Shown piece by piece: positions 53,578 through 63,610 of a stretch of 64,000 bases of DNA. The notes under the pieces were generated by a model that searched no databases, was not told the DNA's origin, and saw only the letters and a list, made by a program, of their open reading frames with translations. Each line of letters opens with the position of its first letter. The first letter of the stretch is position 1. This DNA is from a virus. The stretch is taken from positions 11,627 to 75,626 of IMG/VR virus record IMGVR_UViG_3300027747_001390; one strand, 5' to 3'. A program made the position numbers and the translations under genes.

Positions 53578-56500
53578 ATGAGCGACGTCGTCGTCAACAT
53601 CACACCCCCTGCTCCGATCGCACTGTCCTACACTCAGGGCGGTTCTGTGGGTCCGCAGGGTCCGACGGGAAGCACTGGTCCCGTCGGGCCTACCAATCGA
53701 CTCGTTCTTGGCACTGTCGTCACGGGGATTGACGCCGCCGCGACTATCAGTGCCCAGACTGTCGCGAACGGAACAGCCACGCAGACTCTGAATCTCGTCC
53801 TGCCGCAAGGTGCGACCGGAAGTCAGGGCATTCAGGGAAACGTCGGACCGGCTGGCCCCGCCAATGTTCTCTCTGTCGGCAGCGTTGCGACAACCTCTGC
53901 GACAACTGCCTCGATATCGATCACCGGAACGGCCCCGTCGCAAGTCATCTCTTTTGTAGTGCCTCGCGGGCCGCAGGGAATTCAGGGAGATGCTGGGCCT
54001 TACACGACCGTCCAAGTAGGGACGACGTCGACAGGTGCGTCTGGCACGAACGCAAAGATCGACACGGTCACTGCCGGTGGCACTGTGACCTTGAACTTCA
54101 CGATCCCACGCGGCGGGGATGCAACTGCGAACCTCGCCGACGAGACTCCGCAGCCTCTTGGAACAGCACGCGCGGGCTCGGCACTCGTGGCTAGCCGCGC
54201 GGATCACGTACATGCGGTCCCGACGATCGCCTACAGTTCTTTGACTGGCGTTCCAACATCCTTCGTGCCAGCCGCCCACACTCACAGCATCAGCGACGTT
54301 ACAAATTTGCAGGCGTTGTTGGACTCGAAGCAGACTTCTGGCAGCTACGCCACGCTCGACGGTTCCGGAAAAGTTCCCAGCAGTATGCTGCCGGGATTTG
54401 TCGACGACGTCATAGAGGCTGCTAATTACGCGGCACTGCCAAGTGTTGGTGAGGGTGGCAAGCTGTACGTGGCGATTGACACGCGGAAGCTCTGGAGATG
54501 GTCAGGGTCTGGTTACGTTGAGATCGCGAGCAGCCCCGGCAGCAGCGATTCCGTGCCGGAGGGGAGTGTCAACAAATACTACACAGACGCTCGTGCAGCC
54601 GCAGCCGCCCCCGTCCAGTCGGTCAATGGGAAAGTGGGAAATGTAGTCATCGAGGCGGGCGGGATCGCGTGGTCAACAGTGCCTACAGCCACGACGACCA
54701 CGTCGAAGGCTGGGGCGATTAGCTACGACTCGTCTTACATCTACGTTGCAAACGACGTCAATCAGTGGCGTCGCACTCCGATCGAAGACTGGACGACGCC
54801 GACGATCTCGATCAGCGTTCAGCCAAGCAACCAAACTGCGGTGAGCGGAGCGGCCACATTCTCGGTCACGGCCTCGGCTACGCAGAATGCGGAGCTACTG
54901 TATCAGTGGCAGAGACAGGCAGGCGGAGCCGGTTCGTGGTCAAACATCGCGACTGGTCAGTCTGCAACTCTCGAACTCGCAAGTCTCTCTTATGCGGCGA
55001 ATAATGGCGACAAATACCGCGTCGTGATCACGAGCGGCTCTGCCGGTACTGGTGGCACTGCCGTGAATGGCTGGCTCCCGGCAGTGGTGGTCGAGCTTAC
55101 GCCGACGGCCACGCTAACGAGCGGTGAGGCAACACTCACGATATCTGCCTCGATCTCGATCATATCGCAGCCACAGAATGTCTCGCTCACGAACGGCACA
55201 TCTGCCACGTTCAGCGTGTCTGCCACGACGCCGGGCACTGGTCTCGCTTACCAGTGGCAGTCGTCTCCTGATGGAACCAACTGGACGAGCATCGGAAGTG
55301 CGACATCGGCGAGCTACGCCCTGAGTGGCATCACAGAGACAGGCAACACCGGCTATCGGTATCGCTGCATCGTGTCGTCTAGCGGCTACACGGACGCCAC
55401 GAGCAACGCTGCCACGCTCACTGTTGCTCCGATCAGCGTCACGACGCAGCCTTCCAGCCAGACCGGCTCGCCTGTCGCGGGCACGACGCCGAATTACTCA
55501 GCCTCGTTCACGTCTGCCGCGTCATCCCCCGCTGGGGCACCATTGATCCAGTGGGAAGTCTCCGCTGACGGCGGCACGAGCTACTCAGACCTAAGCGGGC
55601 AGACAAACTCTTCGCTGGCTTTGACTTCGCTGACGAGTAGCGACTCGGGCAAGAGATACAGAGCAAAGTTCACGAAGAGCGGGTGGAACACGGTTCGATC
55701 GAATGTCGCCACGCTGACCGTGCCGACCGACGTGATAACCGTCTCTCAGCAGCCAACGAACCAGACGGCGAGCGTGTCGAGCTACTCTTCGTCCGCATAC
55801 TCAATGCCAAGTGGAACTTGGAATGGTCCAAGTCTTGCGAATGGAAAGTGGTTCAACACGCCAAACGATCAGCTTGGCGGCGACTACATCGCCACAAGCG
55901 ACGACGGAATCACTTGGACTAAGCGAATCGCCGCCCTGCCATACGCTGGATCGTGGTCGAAGGTGCTTTACGGCAACAACATCTACTTGACGTTCCTCGT
56001 CTCTGGCAGCGTGGCGGGGTCGTGGTGTGCCACGAGTAGCGACGGGCTGACGTGGACGGCTAGGCAGATAAGCAGCACGGCAAGTCTTGCAACTCGCGCC
56101 CACTCGTTCTTCGCTGGCGGAGGCGGATGGTTCTTCGCTGCAAACGCCTCTCAAGGGACAAGCTTGAAGTGGGTTCAGTCGCAGGACGGAACCAACTGGA
56201 CGACAGTCAGTTCGGATAACAATTTGACTGGATACATTACCAACCTAGTTCCAAACCCAAGCGGCACAATGGTTGTTGCTTGGAATAGCCTTTCAAGCGC
56301 GGTCTATTACGCCGAAATCAATACTTCTGGACTGTCAGGTTTTACGAATCCCGGTTACCCTCTCTCTGAAACCAATAGCTCGCCTGTATTTAGCGTGATC
56401 CACGACGGAACGACTTTCGTTGCCGTAGGGGCGACAAGTAACTCTCTGACATCTGGCGTATCGGCGAAATTACTGCCCTCGTATTCGTGGTCTCGTGGGT

Positions 56501-57075
56501 CGTTTGCCGTGATGCTGTCTTCGGTCGCGTATCGAAATGGCCGATACGTGGCTACGAGTCCTGCCGGAGTGGCAAGCAGCAACGATGGGATTAGCTGGGT
56601 TCTTCGCCAGTCTGTAAATACGAACTATACCGGCGGAGCGGTCGTAGCTGGGTCTGGTGGGTTCTACGCGAGCGTGCAGACTAATCAGAACAATTGGATT
56701 GGCTTAACTTCAAACGACGGACTGTCGTGGACGCAGAGAGAAACCGGGGCGTTGATCTTCCCAGTTCAGTCGTTTGGCAACAAGGTTCTCGTAGCAACCT
56801 CGTCATCCTCGTCTACGGGCTTTATCGTCGACATCGGCGGTCTTAACTCGGCCTCGTTCTCCGCAGTCGCCACGACGACCTTCGGCTCGCCTGCCATTCA
56901 GTGGCAGAAGTCCACAAACGGCGGCGCGACATGGACAGACGTGAGCGGCGCGGTGACCAGTCCATACCAGTTCACGCCAGTCTCTGGTGATACAGGGTCG
57001 CGATACCGGGCTGTGTTCACGAAGGCTTCCTACACGACAGTGAACAGCAACTCTGCAACGCTCACGGTGCCGTAG
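53578..57075 (+). CDS. long fibre protein: collagen-like GXY, Ig-like repeats, BNR/beta-propeller
   Basis: GPQGPTG repeats; four QP.NQT...QW...YR...ATLTV Ig units; SxDGxTW repeats. Confidence 0.8.
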   Translation: MSDVVVNITPPAPIALSYTQGGSVGPQGPTGSTGPVGPTNRLVLGTVVTGIDAAATISAQTVANGTATQTLNLVLPQGATGSQGIQGNVGPAGPANVLSVGSVATTSATTASISITGTAPSQVISFVVPRGPQGIQGDAGPYTTVQVGTTSTGASGTNAKIDTVTAGGTVTLNFTIPRGGDATANLADETPQPLGTARAGSALVASRADHVHAVPTIAYSSLTGVPTSFVPAAHTHSISDVTNLQALLDSKQTSGSYATLDGSGKVPSSMLPGFVDDVIEAANYAALPSVGEGGKLYVAIDTRKLWRWSGSGYVEIASSPGSSDSVPEGSVNKYYTDARAAAAAPVQSVNGKVGNVVIEAGGIAWSTVPTATTTTSKAGAISYDSSYIYVANDVNQWRRTPIEDWTTPTISISVQPSNQTAVSGAATFSVTASATQNAELLYQWQRQAGGAGSWSNIATGQSATLELASLSYAANNGDKYRVVITSGSAGTGGTAVNGWLPAVVVELTPTATLTSGEATLTISASISIISQPQNVSLTNGTSATFSVSATTPGTGLAYQWQSSPDGTNWTSIGSATSASYALSGITETGNTGYRYRCIVSSSGYTDATSNAATLTVAPISVTTQPSSQTGSPVAGTTPNYSASFTSAASSPAGAPLIQWEVSADGGTSYSDLSGQTNSSLALTSLTSSDSGKRYRAKFTKSGWNTVRSNVATLTVPTDVITVSQQPTNQTASVSSYSSSAYSMPSGTWNGPSLANGKWFNTPNDQLGGDYIATSDDGITWTKRIAALPYAGSWSKVLYGNNIYLTFLVSGSVAGSWCATSSDGLTWTARQISSTASLATRAHSFFAGGGGWFFAANASQGTSLKWVQSQDGTNWTTVSSDNNLTGYITNLVPNPSGTMVVAWNSLSSAVYYAEINTSGLSGFTNPGYPLSETNSSPVFSVIHDGTTFVAVGATSNSLTSGVSAKLLPSYSWSRGSFAVMLSSVAYRNGRYVATSPAGVASSNDGISWVLRQSVNTNYTGGAVVAGSGGFYASVQTNQNNWIGLTSNDGLSWTQRETGALIFPVQSFGNKVLVATSSSSSTGFIVDIGGLNSASFSAVATTTFGSPAIQWQKSTNGGATWTDVSGAVTSPYQFTPVSGDTGSRYRAVFTKASYTTVNSNSATLTVP

Positions 57076-57077
57076 TC

Positions 57078-58424
57078 ATGCCAAAAATCGTCAAAATAAA
57101 ACGATCGACAGTCGCAGGATCGACGCCGACTCTCAGCTACGGAGAGTTAGGCTGGAACAGCGCAGACGGGAAGCTTTGGGCTGGCAACGCTGCCAATCAG
57201 GCCGTGCTGGTCAACACTGCGGGCGGCGGTGCCGCGAACATCGTCGAGGTCGAGACGTCAGGCTCCCTGCCATCGGCTGGTGCGAGTGGCAGTGTTTATA
57301 TCGTCACTGACGCGGGCAAGGTGCTTCGCTGGGACACTGCGAACAGCGTGTACGTGGAGATCGGAACATCGGGCGGAGGCTCGTCCACGCTGCCAGTCGC
57401 ATCAAGTAGCGTGCTTGGTGGCATTAAGATCGGTTCCGGTTTGACGATCTCGGACGGAGTTGTTTCTGCTTCTGGCGGCTCCGACTCACTTCTCCGCTCG
57501 CTGTTCACGCCAGCCGCACCGACAAGCGTCACTGCCTCGGCCGGTAACGCGCAGGCGACCGTATCGTGGACGGCACCGACAGGCACGATTTCGCAAGCAC
57601 CCATCACTGACTATGTCGTCCAGTATTCCAGCAACAGCGGCTCGTCGTGGACGACATTTGCCGACGGCACATCGACCGCGACTAGTGCGACGGTCACGAG
57701 CCTGACCAACGGCACGGCGTATGTGTTCCGAGCGGCGGCTGTGAACGCTCTCGGGCAGGGTGCGTGGTCGTCGGCGAGCAGCGCGGTTACACCGAGTGCG
57801 TTCTCAGCATCTGCCGTCATACTGACAAGCGGCACAAGCTACGCCGTGCCGAGCGGCGCATCATCGATGAAAGTGTGGGCGGTTGGGCCGGGCGGGCAGG
57901 ACGGCGGGGCAAGAGGGCACGCGGGTGCCGTCGCCCACAAGACATGGAGCGTTTCTGGAGGCCAAACTGTCTCGTACTCCATCGGCCAGAGGTCTGCTTA
58001 TTCAGGCTCGTACTCACGGAGCGGCAGCACCACCGTGACGTTCAGCGGCACGACAATCACCGCCGAGGGTGGCGGTGGCCCTAATGGGCCTGACGCGGCA
58101 GCGACATACTCAGGAGGCGACGGCGGTGCTAACGGCGGGCAAGGTGCTTACGTCAACAACAAAAACGCTGGCGGCGCAGTCGGAGGCAACGGCACTCTGA
58201 CTGAGTGTGGTCGTTACCCGGCGACTGACGTGAGCGGACTTTTTGCTGCTGTGACGATGGCAGGCGGCAGCGTTGTCGAGTCTTGCGGCGCAACTGCTGC
58301 GTTTGGGTCTGGTGGTTCTGAGCAGGCTCAGTCGCTCGCTGGGATCGGCGGCGGCGGGGCATGGTATGGCGTCTCCGCGTCTGACGACGGTGGCGTTGGC
58401 GCAGTGGTAATTCAATTCTCGTAG
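57078..58424 (+). CDS. fibre protein: Mtd_N-like start, FN3, Gly-rich domain
   Basis: IKRSTVAG..P.L..GELG.N..DGKL; APTSVTASAGNAQATVSWTAP...LTNGTAYVFR. Confidence 0.75.
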   Translation: MPKIVKIKRSTVAGSTPTLSYGELGWNSADGKLWAGNAANQAVLVNTAGGGAANIVEVETSGSLPSAGASGSVYIVTDAGKVLRWDTANSVYVEIGTSGGGSSTLPVASSSVLGGIKIGSGLTISDGVVSASGGSDSLLRSLFTPAAPTSVTASAGNAQATVSWTAPTGTISQAPITDYVVQYSSNSGSSWTTFADGTSTATSATVTSLTNGTAYVFRAAAVNALGQGAWSSASSAVTPSAFSASAVILTSGTSYAVPSGASSMKVWAVGPGGQDGGARGHAGAVAHKTWSVSGGQTVSYSIGQRSAYSGSYSRSGSTTVTFSGTTITAEGGGGPNGPDAAATYSGGDGGANGGQGAYVNNKNAGGAVGGNGTLTECGRYPATDVSGLFAAVTMAGGSVVESCGATAAFGSGGSEQAQSLAGIGGGGAWYGVSASDDGGVGAVVIQFS

Positions 58425-58435
58425 GACACTAGCAA

Positions 58436-59602
58436 ATGGCACTCTCATTCCCATCGTCACCCAGCGTGGGCACCACCGCAACTGTCAACTCACGGCAGTA
58501 CGTTTGGACAGGCTATGCGTGGGAGCTTGTGGCAAGCGGTTCGGGTCTCTCGTGGTCATCCGTTCCAGCGTCCGCTTCCGCGACGGGTGCCGCAGGCAGC
58601 ATCGCCTACGATGGCGCGTACTTTTATCTCGCGTCGGCGCAGGACACTTGGATGCGTGCGGCAATGTCAACGTGGGTTCTGCCGGTAATCACCATCGGCA
58701 CGCAGCCATCAAATCAGACTGCATCCAGCGGCGCGGCGACGTTCAGCGTTACGGCAAGCGTGACGCAGTCCGCTACTCTGTCATACCAATGGCAAAAATC
58801 CACGAACAGCGGCAGCACATGGACTGCTATCAGCGGAGCAACATCGGCCTCACTTGCCCTGACCGGCCTAACTACTGGCGACAACTCCAGCCAATATCGC
58901 GTTATCGTCAGTGCAACTGGTGGAGCGTCTAGCGTGACGAGCAGTGCTGCCACGCTGACGGTTGTATCGTTCACGCCGTCTGCCGTTCTGCTTACCAGCG
59001 GCACTAGTTACACAGTGCCAAGCGGCGCGACGACCATGAAAGCGTGGGCGGTCGGGCAAGGGGCTGCGGCAGCAGCCGTTGGCGGCGGTGCAGGCGGCAC
59101 CGCTTACAAAAGCTGGTCTGTGTCTGGAGGGCAGACAGTCACATACGCTGTTGGTGCGGGTATAAATCAGGAGCAAGGCCAGAACAGCACTGTTACATTT
59201 AACGGAACAACCATTACTGGATTTGGTGGAACGTGGAACACATTCAACCCAGCGTCTAACACCGGAGGCGCATATTCAGGCGGAGACGGCGGCGCAAACG
59301 GCGGGGGCGGCGGAATGGCCGGTGAAAGTTGGCAGAATAGAGGCGGCGCAATCGGTGGAAATGGAACAGTCGCTTCTTGCGGTCGGATGACGGCGACCAA
59401 TGTATCGGGGTTATTTGCTGCCGTTGCTGCCGCTGGTGGAAGCACAACAGAGTCATGCTCTGCATCCGCTGCCTTTGGAAGCGGAGGATATACCGATGGA
59501 GACGCAGGCATAATAAAGTCAGCCGGTCTTGGCGGCGGCGGGGGTACACTTTCACCAACATCAACAAGGCCCACTGGTGCTGTTGTTTTGTATTTCACTT
59601 GA
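58436..59602 (+). CDS. fibre protein: Ig-like plus Gly-rich domain
   Basis: MALSFPSSPSVG; Ig unit; C-terminal domain paralogous to that of 57078. Confidence 0.75.
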   Translation: MALSFPSSPSVGTTATVNSRQYVWTGYAWELVASGSGLSWSSVPASASATGAAGSIAYDGAYFYLASAQDTWMRAAMSTWVLPVITIGTQPSNQTASSGAATFSVTASVTQSATLSYQWQKSTNSGSTWTAISGATSASLALTGLTTGDNSSQYRVIVSATGGASSVTSSAATLTVVSFTPSAVLLTSGTSYTVPSGATTMKAWAVGQGAAAAAVGGGAGGTAYKSWSVSGGQTVTYAVGAGINQEQGQNSTVTFNGTTITGFGGTWNTFNPASNTGGAYSGGDGGANGGGGGMAGESWQNRGGAIGGNGTVASCGRMTATNVSGLFAAVAAAGGSTTESCSASAAFGSGGYTDGDAGIIKSAGLGGGGGTLSPTSTRPTGAVVLYFT

Positions 59603-59605
59603 CGC

Positions 59606-59764
59606 ATGGCCGACAACGAAACCATCACCGTCGCCCTCGCCTACGCGGCTCTCGCGCTCGTCGGCCCGTTCATTCTCACAAGGCTCATGCAATGGGCAGA
59701 GAGTACCGACGCGCAGAGTCTCGCACTGGAGATCGGGGCAGCGATCGAGGGGGTGACGCGATGA
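59606..59764 (+). CDS. small membrane protein
   Basis: 52 aa, one transmembrane-like segment; translated by hand. Confidence 0.45.
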   Translation: MADNETITVALAYAALALVGPFILTRLMQWAESTDAQSLALEIGAAIEGVTR

Positions 59765-59931
59765 AGTCGCTCATGCTCGACATCCTGCTCACGTCAGCCG
59801 TCACGGGATTCGTTCTGTGGCGGTGGTCAATGCTGCTGCCTCGCGTCATGCGGGCGGTGCAGCCAGTGGCGACGAGCGTGTTTGAGAGGCGGCGAGAGAT
59901 TGAAGCACTTCAGGAGGAGCCAGCACGATGA
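59761..59931 (+). CDS. small membrane protein
   Basis: ATGA overlaps on both sides. Confidence 0.45.
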   Translation: MKSLMLDILLTSAVTGFVLWRWSMLLPRVMRAVQPVATSVFERRREIEALQEEPAR

Positions 59932-60251
59932 GCAGCACCTACAGCCAGCTACCGGGTCAGATGAGCCTGTCTTTCAAACGGGCGAACGACTTTAGCAGCC
60001 TCATCGACTTCGATGTTTCGCTCGCGTCCTACTCTGTTTCTGCAAGCATCACCAGTCTCGTCACTGGCATTAGCGTAGTGCCATTCACGACGACCTTAGT
60101 AGACGCCTCGGCGGGGCAAGTGAATATCTCTCTCACCGACACGCAGACCGCAGCACTGCCTGCTGGCACCTACGGGTGGCAACTGGACTGGACGGCCCCA
60201 GGAAACGTACAGCGGACGGCACTTAGCGGCACCGTGGAGGTCTACGCATGA
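59928..60251 (+). CDS. fibre adaptor protein B
   Basis: LPGQMSLSFKRANDF...GQVNISLTDTQTAALPAGTY.W.L.W...RTALSG. Confidence 0.6.
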   Translation: MSSTYSQLPGQMSLSFKRANDFSSLIDFDVSLASYSVSASITSLVTGISVVPFTTTLVDASAGQVNISLTDTQTAALPAGTYGWQLDWTAPGNVQRTALSGTVEVYA

Positions 60252-60523
60252 GCAACATCACAGCAACGGTCTCGTCGCAGCCGATCACGGCGACCGTCAA
60301 TGCCTCGGGGAACATCTCCGCGAGCGTCGGCTCGTCGGTCGTCACCGCCAACGCAGGCGGCGGCATCGGGCCGCAGGGGCCAGCCGGGTCGCTCGGAGCA
60401 AGTCTCGGCGACTTGGCAGACGTGAATATCGCTGGCGTTCAGGACGGCGATGTACTCAGGTATGACTCGACGAAGTGGCATAATGTAAACCAGACACAAG
60501 TTACAGACGGCGGAAATTTTTAG
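60248..60523 (+). CDS. short collagen-like fibre protein ending DGGNF
   Basis: GPQGPAG; LGDLADVNI..VQDGDVLRYD. Confidence 0.6.
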   Translation: MSNITATVSSQPITATVNASGNISASVGSSVVTANAGGGIGPQGPAGSLGASLGDLADVNIAGVQDGDVLRYDSTKWHNVNQTQVTDGGNF

Positions 60524-60541
60524 TTCAAGGAAGGAACTTCG

Positions 60542-61630
60542 ATGAGCAACACAATTCGTATTCGCAGACGCAACGCAAACGGTGCAGTCGGCGCGCCGTC
60601 TAGCCTTCAGCAGGCCGAGCTTGCTTTTAATGAAGCAGACGGCCAGTGCTACATTGGAATTGGCACTGGCGGTTCTGGCGGCAGCGCAACTACGATCGCG
60701 TCCTTCGGTGGCACCAACTGGGCCAGCAAGGCATATGTCACCAGCGCAGTCGCTGCCGTTGACGTGTCGTCGCAGCTTGCAAGCTACGCCCTGCTTGCCT
60801 CGCCCAGCCTAACAGGCACGCCTAACTCCACGACACCCAGCACCTCTGACAACTCGACTCGCATTGCCACGACCGCCTACGTTCAGGCTCAGTCCTATGT
60901 GACGACGGCGGCGCGCCTCGACCAGTTCGCCGCTCCGACGAGCAGCGTGTCGATGAACTCGCAGAAGCTGACGAACCTCGGCACGCCCACGGCAGACGGG
61001 GATGCCGTGACGAAGGCGTATGCCGACGCACTGCGATCTGGCCTTGACGTGAAGCAATCGGTGCGTGCAGCGACCACTGCGAACATCACGCTCTCGGGTA
61101 CGCAGACGATCGACGGCGTTGCCGTAATCGCTGGAGACCGAGTGCTGGTGAAGAACCAGTCAAGCGGTTTGCAGAACGGCATCTATGTCGCTGCGGCCGG
61201 GTCGTGGAGTAGAGCCACTGACGCTGACGCAGACGCCGAGATCAACCCCGGCTGTTTTTGCTTCGTCGAGGAAGGTTCGGTCAACGCAGACACTGGCTGG
61301 GTTTGCTCAAACAACGCGCCAACGACTGTCGGCTCGACGGCCCTGACTTTTGCTCAGTTCTCGGGTGCGGGTTCGTTTAGCGTTGACTCGACTCTGACCA
61401 AAACCGGCAACTCAATCGGTCTGACATCTGGCATCGCCACTGCTGGCACCTACACCAGCGTCACCGTCGATACATATGGCCGTGTCACGGCTGGCAGCAC
61501 GCCTGCCGTGCAGTCGCAGATCACGGCGACGGGCCTGCTCAAGGGAGCGGGTGCTGGCAGCGTGTCGGCAGCGGTTGCGGGAACTGATTACCTCGACAAC
61601 AACTCGACTCTGGACTGTGGCAGCTTCTGA
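60542..61630 (+). CDS. fibre/decoration protein
   Basis: Mtd_N-like start; KQSVRAATTANITLSG.QTIDGV...RVLVKNQ...NGIY; VTVDTYGRVTAG. Confidence 0.75.
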   Translation: MSNTIRIRRRNANGAVGAPSSLQQAELAFNEADGQCYIGIGTGGSGGSATTIASFGGTNWASKAYVTSAVAAVDVSSQLASYALLASPSLTGTPNSTTPSTSDNSTRIATTAYVQAQSYVTTAARLDQFAAPTSSVSMNSQKLTNLGTPTADGDAVTKAYADALRSGLDVKQSVRAATTANITLSGTQTIDGVAVIAGDRVLVKNQSSGLQNGIYVAAAGSWSRATDADADAEINPGCFCFVEEGSVNADTGWVCSNNAPTTVGSTALTFAQFSGAGSFSVDSTLTKTGNSIGLTSGIATAGTYTSVTVDTYGRVTAGSTPAVQSQITATGLLKGAGAGSVSAAVAGTDYLDNNSTLDCGSF

Positions 61631-61633
61631 CGC

Positions 61634-62629
61634 ATGAGTAACACTGTTCAACTTTTACGAAGCACGGTCGCGGGCAACAAGCCAGCCTCGCTCGCCTCCG
61701 GGGTCATCGCCATCAACGAGGCGGACGGGCGTCTTTGGTATCGCAACGGTAGCGGCACCGTTACGCCGCTTCCGTCGGTGGTGAGCTACGCGACTACGGC
61801 GTCGTTCCCGGCAACAGGTCTGGCTGGCCTGCTTTTTTTGGCGTCCGATACCAGCAAGCTTTACCGATGGGAATCGACCGTATATGTCGAAGTCGCTTCT
61901 GTTGCGACGAGCGTGTCGGCGGCAGACCTGACGCTCGGCACCCTGCCGGATGCGCGACTCTCGGCAAGCGTGGTGCTGACTGGCGATAGCAGGCTGTCTG
62001 ATTCACGCACGCCGACAGACGGCAGCGTGACCACAGCCAAACTCGCAGACGGCAGCGTAACGACGGCAAAAATTGCGTCAACAATCGCCACCTACGCAAC
62101 GCTTGCTGCGACCGCCAACCAATCATCGTCCGCACTGGACGTTTATCCGCGTGGCGAGGCTACTAGCGGAAGCTCTGGCGGCACATCGGGGCAGATATTT
62201 TTCATATTTTTCACGCCAGCCGTTTCGTTCACGGTTTCGTCAATCACTTTTTGCTCTGGAACAATTGCCGGGTCTGGTCTCACGCTGGCTCGCATGGGTC
62301 TCTACACATATGACGAGACGACCGTCACGTTGGTGGCAAGGACGGCGTCCGACACCACGCTCTTTGCGGCAACCAACACCGCCTATACGCGAAGCCTCGC
62401 GACGGCTGGCGGATACCCTGCCACCTATACCCTCGCCGCTGGCTCTCGATACGCCGCAGCAGTGATCGCAGTTGGCACCACCGCGCCTAATTTTGCAGGC
62501 AGGACAATCGTGACGGCCGTAGGCGGACAGACGCCTCGCATGGCAGCATCGCTTTCATCGCAGACGGACCTAGTCACCACGGGCACGCCGGGTAACGCGC
62601 AAGCCAACATCTACGCGAGGCTGACGTGA
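61634..62629 (+). CDS. fibre protein
   Basis: Mtd_N-like start; FPATG..G.L; DGSVTTAK repeats. Confidence 0.7.
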   Translation: MSNTVQLLRSTVAGNKPASLASGVIAINEADGRLWYRNGSGTVTPLPSVVSYATTASFPATGLAGLLFLASDTSKLYRWESTVYVEVASVATSVSAADLTLGTLPDARLSASVVLTGDSRLSDSRTPTDGSVTTAKLADGSVTTAKIASTIATYATLAATANQSSSALDVYPRGEATSGSSGGTSGQIFFIFFTPAVSFTVSSITFCSGTIAGSGLTLARMGLYTYDETTVTLVARTASDTTLFAATNTAYTRSLATAGGYPATYTLAAGSRYAAAVIAVGTTAPNFAGRTIVTAVGGQTPRMAASLSSQTDLVTTGTPGNAQANIYARLT

Positions 62630-62802
62630 GCGAATCTATTACCGTGACCACCACCTATCTCGGCGTGATCGACGGAATGCACACATACGAAGTCCGAGAC
62701 GAAAGCGGCGTGATCGTAGGATACAACCGCTGCCCATATCCGCCATGCCCCGGCGAGGGGTGGAAGCTTGACGAGGCGACTGCAACGTGGGTGCAGGCTT
62801 GA
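62626..62802 (+). CDS. small fibre-associated (chaperone-like) protein
   Basis: 58 aa ...PYPPCPGEGWKLDEATATW; translated by hand. Confidence 0.45.
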   Translation: MSESITVTTTYLGVIDGMHTYEVRDESGVIVGYNRCPYPPCPGEGWKLDEATATWVQA

Positions 62803-62901
62803 AAAGAGCCTTCTCGAAGCTCCTCGCCATTGTCGCCATAGCGATAGCAATCGTCGCTCAGGCTCTCATGTTCGCGGCGGAGACCATTGGAGACTGGTCA
62901 G

Positions 62902-63024
62902 ATGAGTGGAACTCCGATCTCTAAAGAGCAACTCGCATCTCGTGGAGTGTGCTGCGGAATGCGATGCTTGAACTGTCCATACATTCCCAAGCATCAAGGA
63001 GGCTCTCGTGTTCTCGATTCTTAG
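62902..63024 (+). CDS. DUF5522-like Cys-rich peptide
   Basis: RGVCCGMRCLNCPY; translated by hand. Confidence 0.6.
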   Translation: MSGTPISKEQLASRGVCCGMRCLNCPYIPKHQGGSRVLDS

Positions 63025-63259
63025 CTGGCTGATTTACGGGGCTATCGTGGGGGGCATTTCGAGAGCCATTTACAGGGGCGACACTCCTCCGGGCTGGGTT
63101 CCCACCATTGCCACAGGGGTGGCAGGCTCTGTTTTTGGTGGCATGATCCACTCCATGATCTCCGGAGGTCGAGAAGACTCTGCCGGGATCGTTTTTGGAG
63201 TGATTGGGGGGGTGCTGGCCTGCTATCTCTACTCCAGATGGCAGAAGACAGATGCCTGA
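63008..63259 (+). CDS. GlsB/YeaQ/YmgE-family membrane protein
   Basis: WLIYGAIVGGISRAI..G...TIATGVAGSVFGG...GVIGG. Confidence 0.85.
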   Translation: MFSILSWLIYGAIVGGISRAIYRGDTPPGWVPTIATGVAGSVFGGMIHSMISGGREDSAGIVFGVIGGVLACYLYSRWQKTDA

Positions 63260-63536
63260 GAGGTTTGAATACTTCAAGCCGAAGAAGAAGCTCCCTGTAA
63301 GAAAAAAGGGGCCAAGTTTCTCTCAGAGGTATGGGCCTGACTGGGAAGCTATCAGGCTCCAAGTCCTAGTCAGAGACAATTGGCAATGTAGGCATTGTGG
63401 GAGAGTTTGTGGAGATAGGTGGGAGGCGCAAGTTGACCACATTGTGCCACTTAGGCAATCTGAAAATCACTTGCAAGAGAATTTGCAAGTTCTGTGTATC
63501 AGGTGTCACCTCAGAAAGACTCAGCAAGGCCTCTAG
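63252..63536 (+). CDS. HNH endonuclease (packaging-associated type)
   Basis: RDNWQCRHCG, VDHIVP, NLQVLCIRCHLRKT. Confidence 0.9.
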   Translation: MPERFEYFKPKKKLPVRKKGPSFSQRYGPDWEAIRLQVLVRDNWQCRHCGRVCGDRWEAQVDHIVPLRQSENHLQENLQVLCIRCHLRKTQQGL

Positions 63537-63610
63537 CTTGCGATTAGAAGGCTTTTTGTTTGTACGGGTATGGATACAGCCCTTTTCGCATATTGCCCTT
63601 AAATCGCAAG

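Noticed and set aside
57800-59602. Diversity-generating retroelement (TR/VR pair)
   Set aside because: No reverse transcriptase in the window; both copies are coding and differences are not adenine-specific
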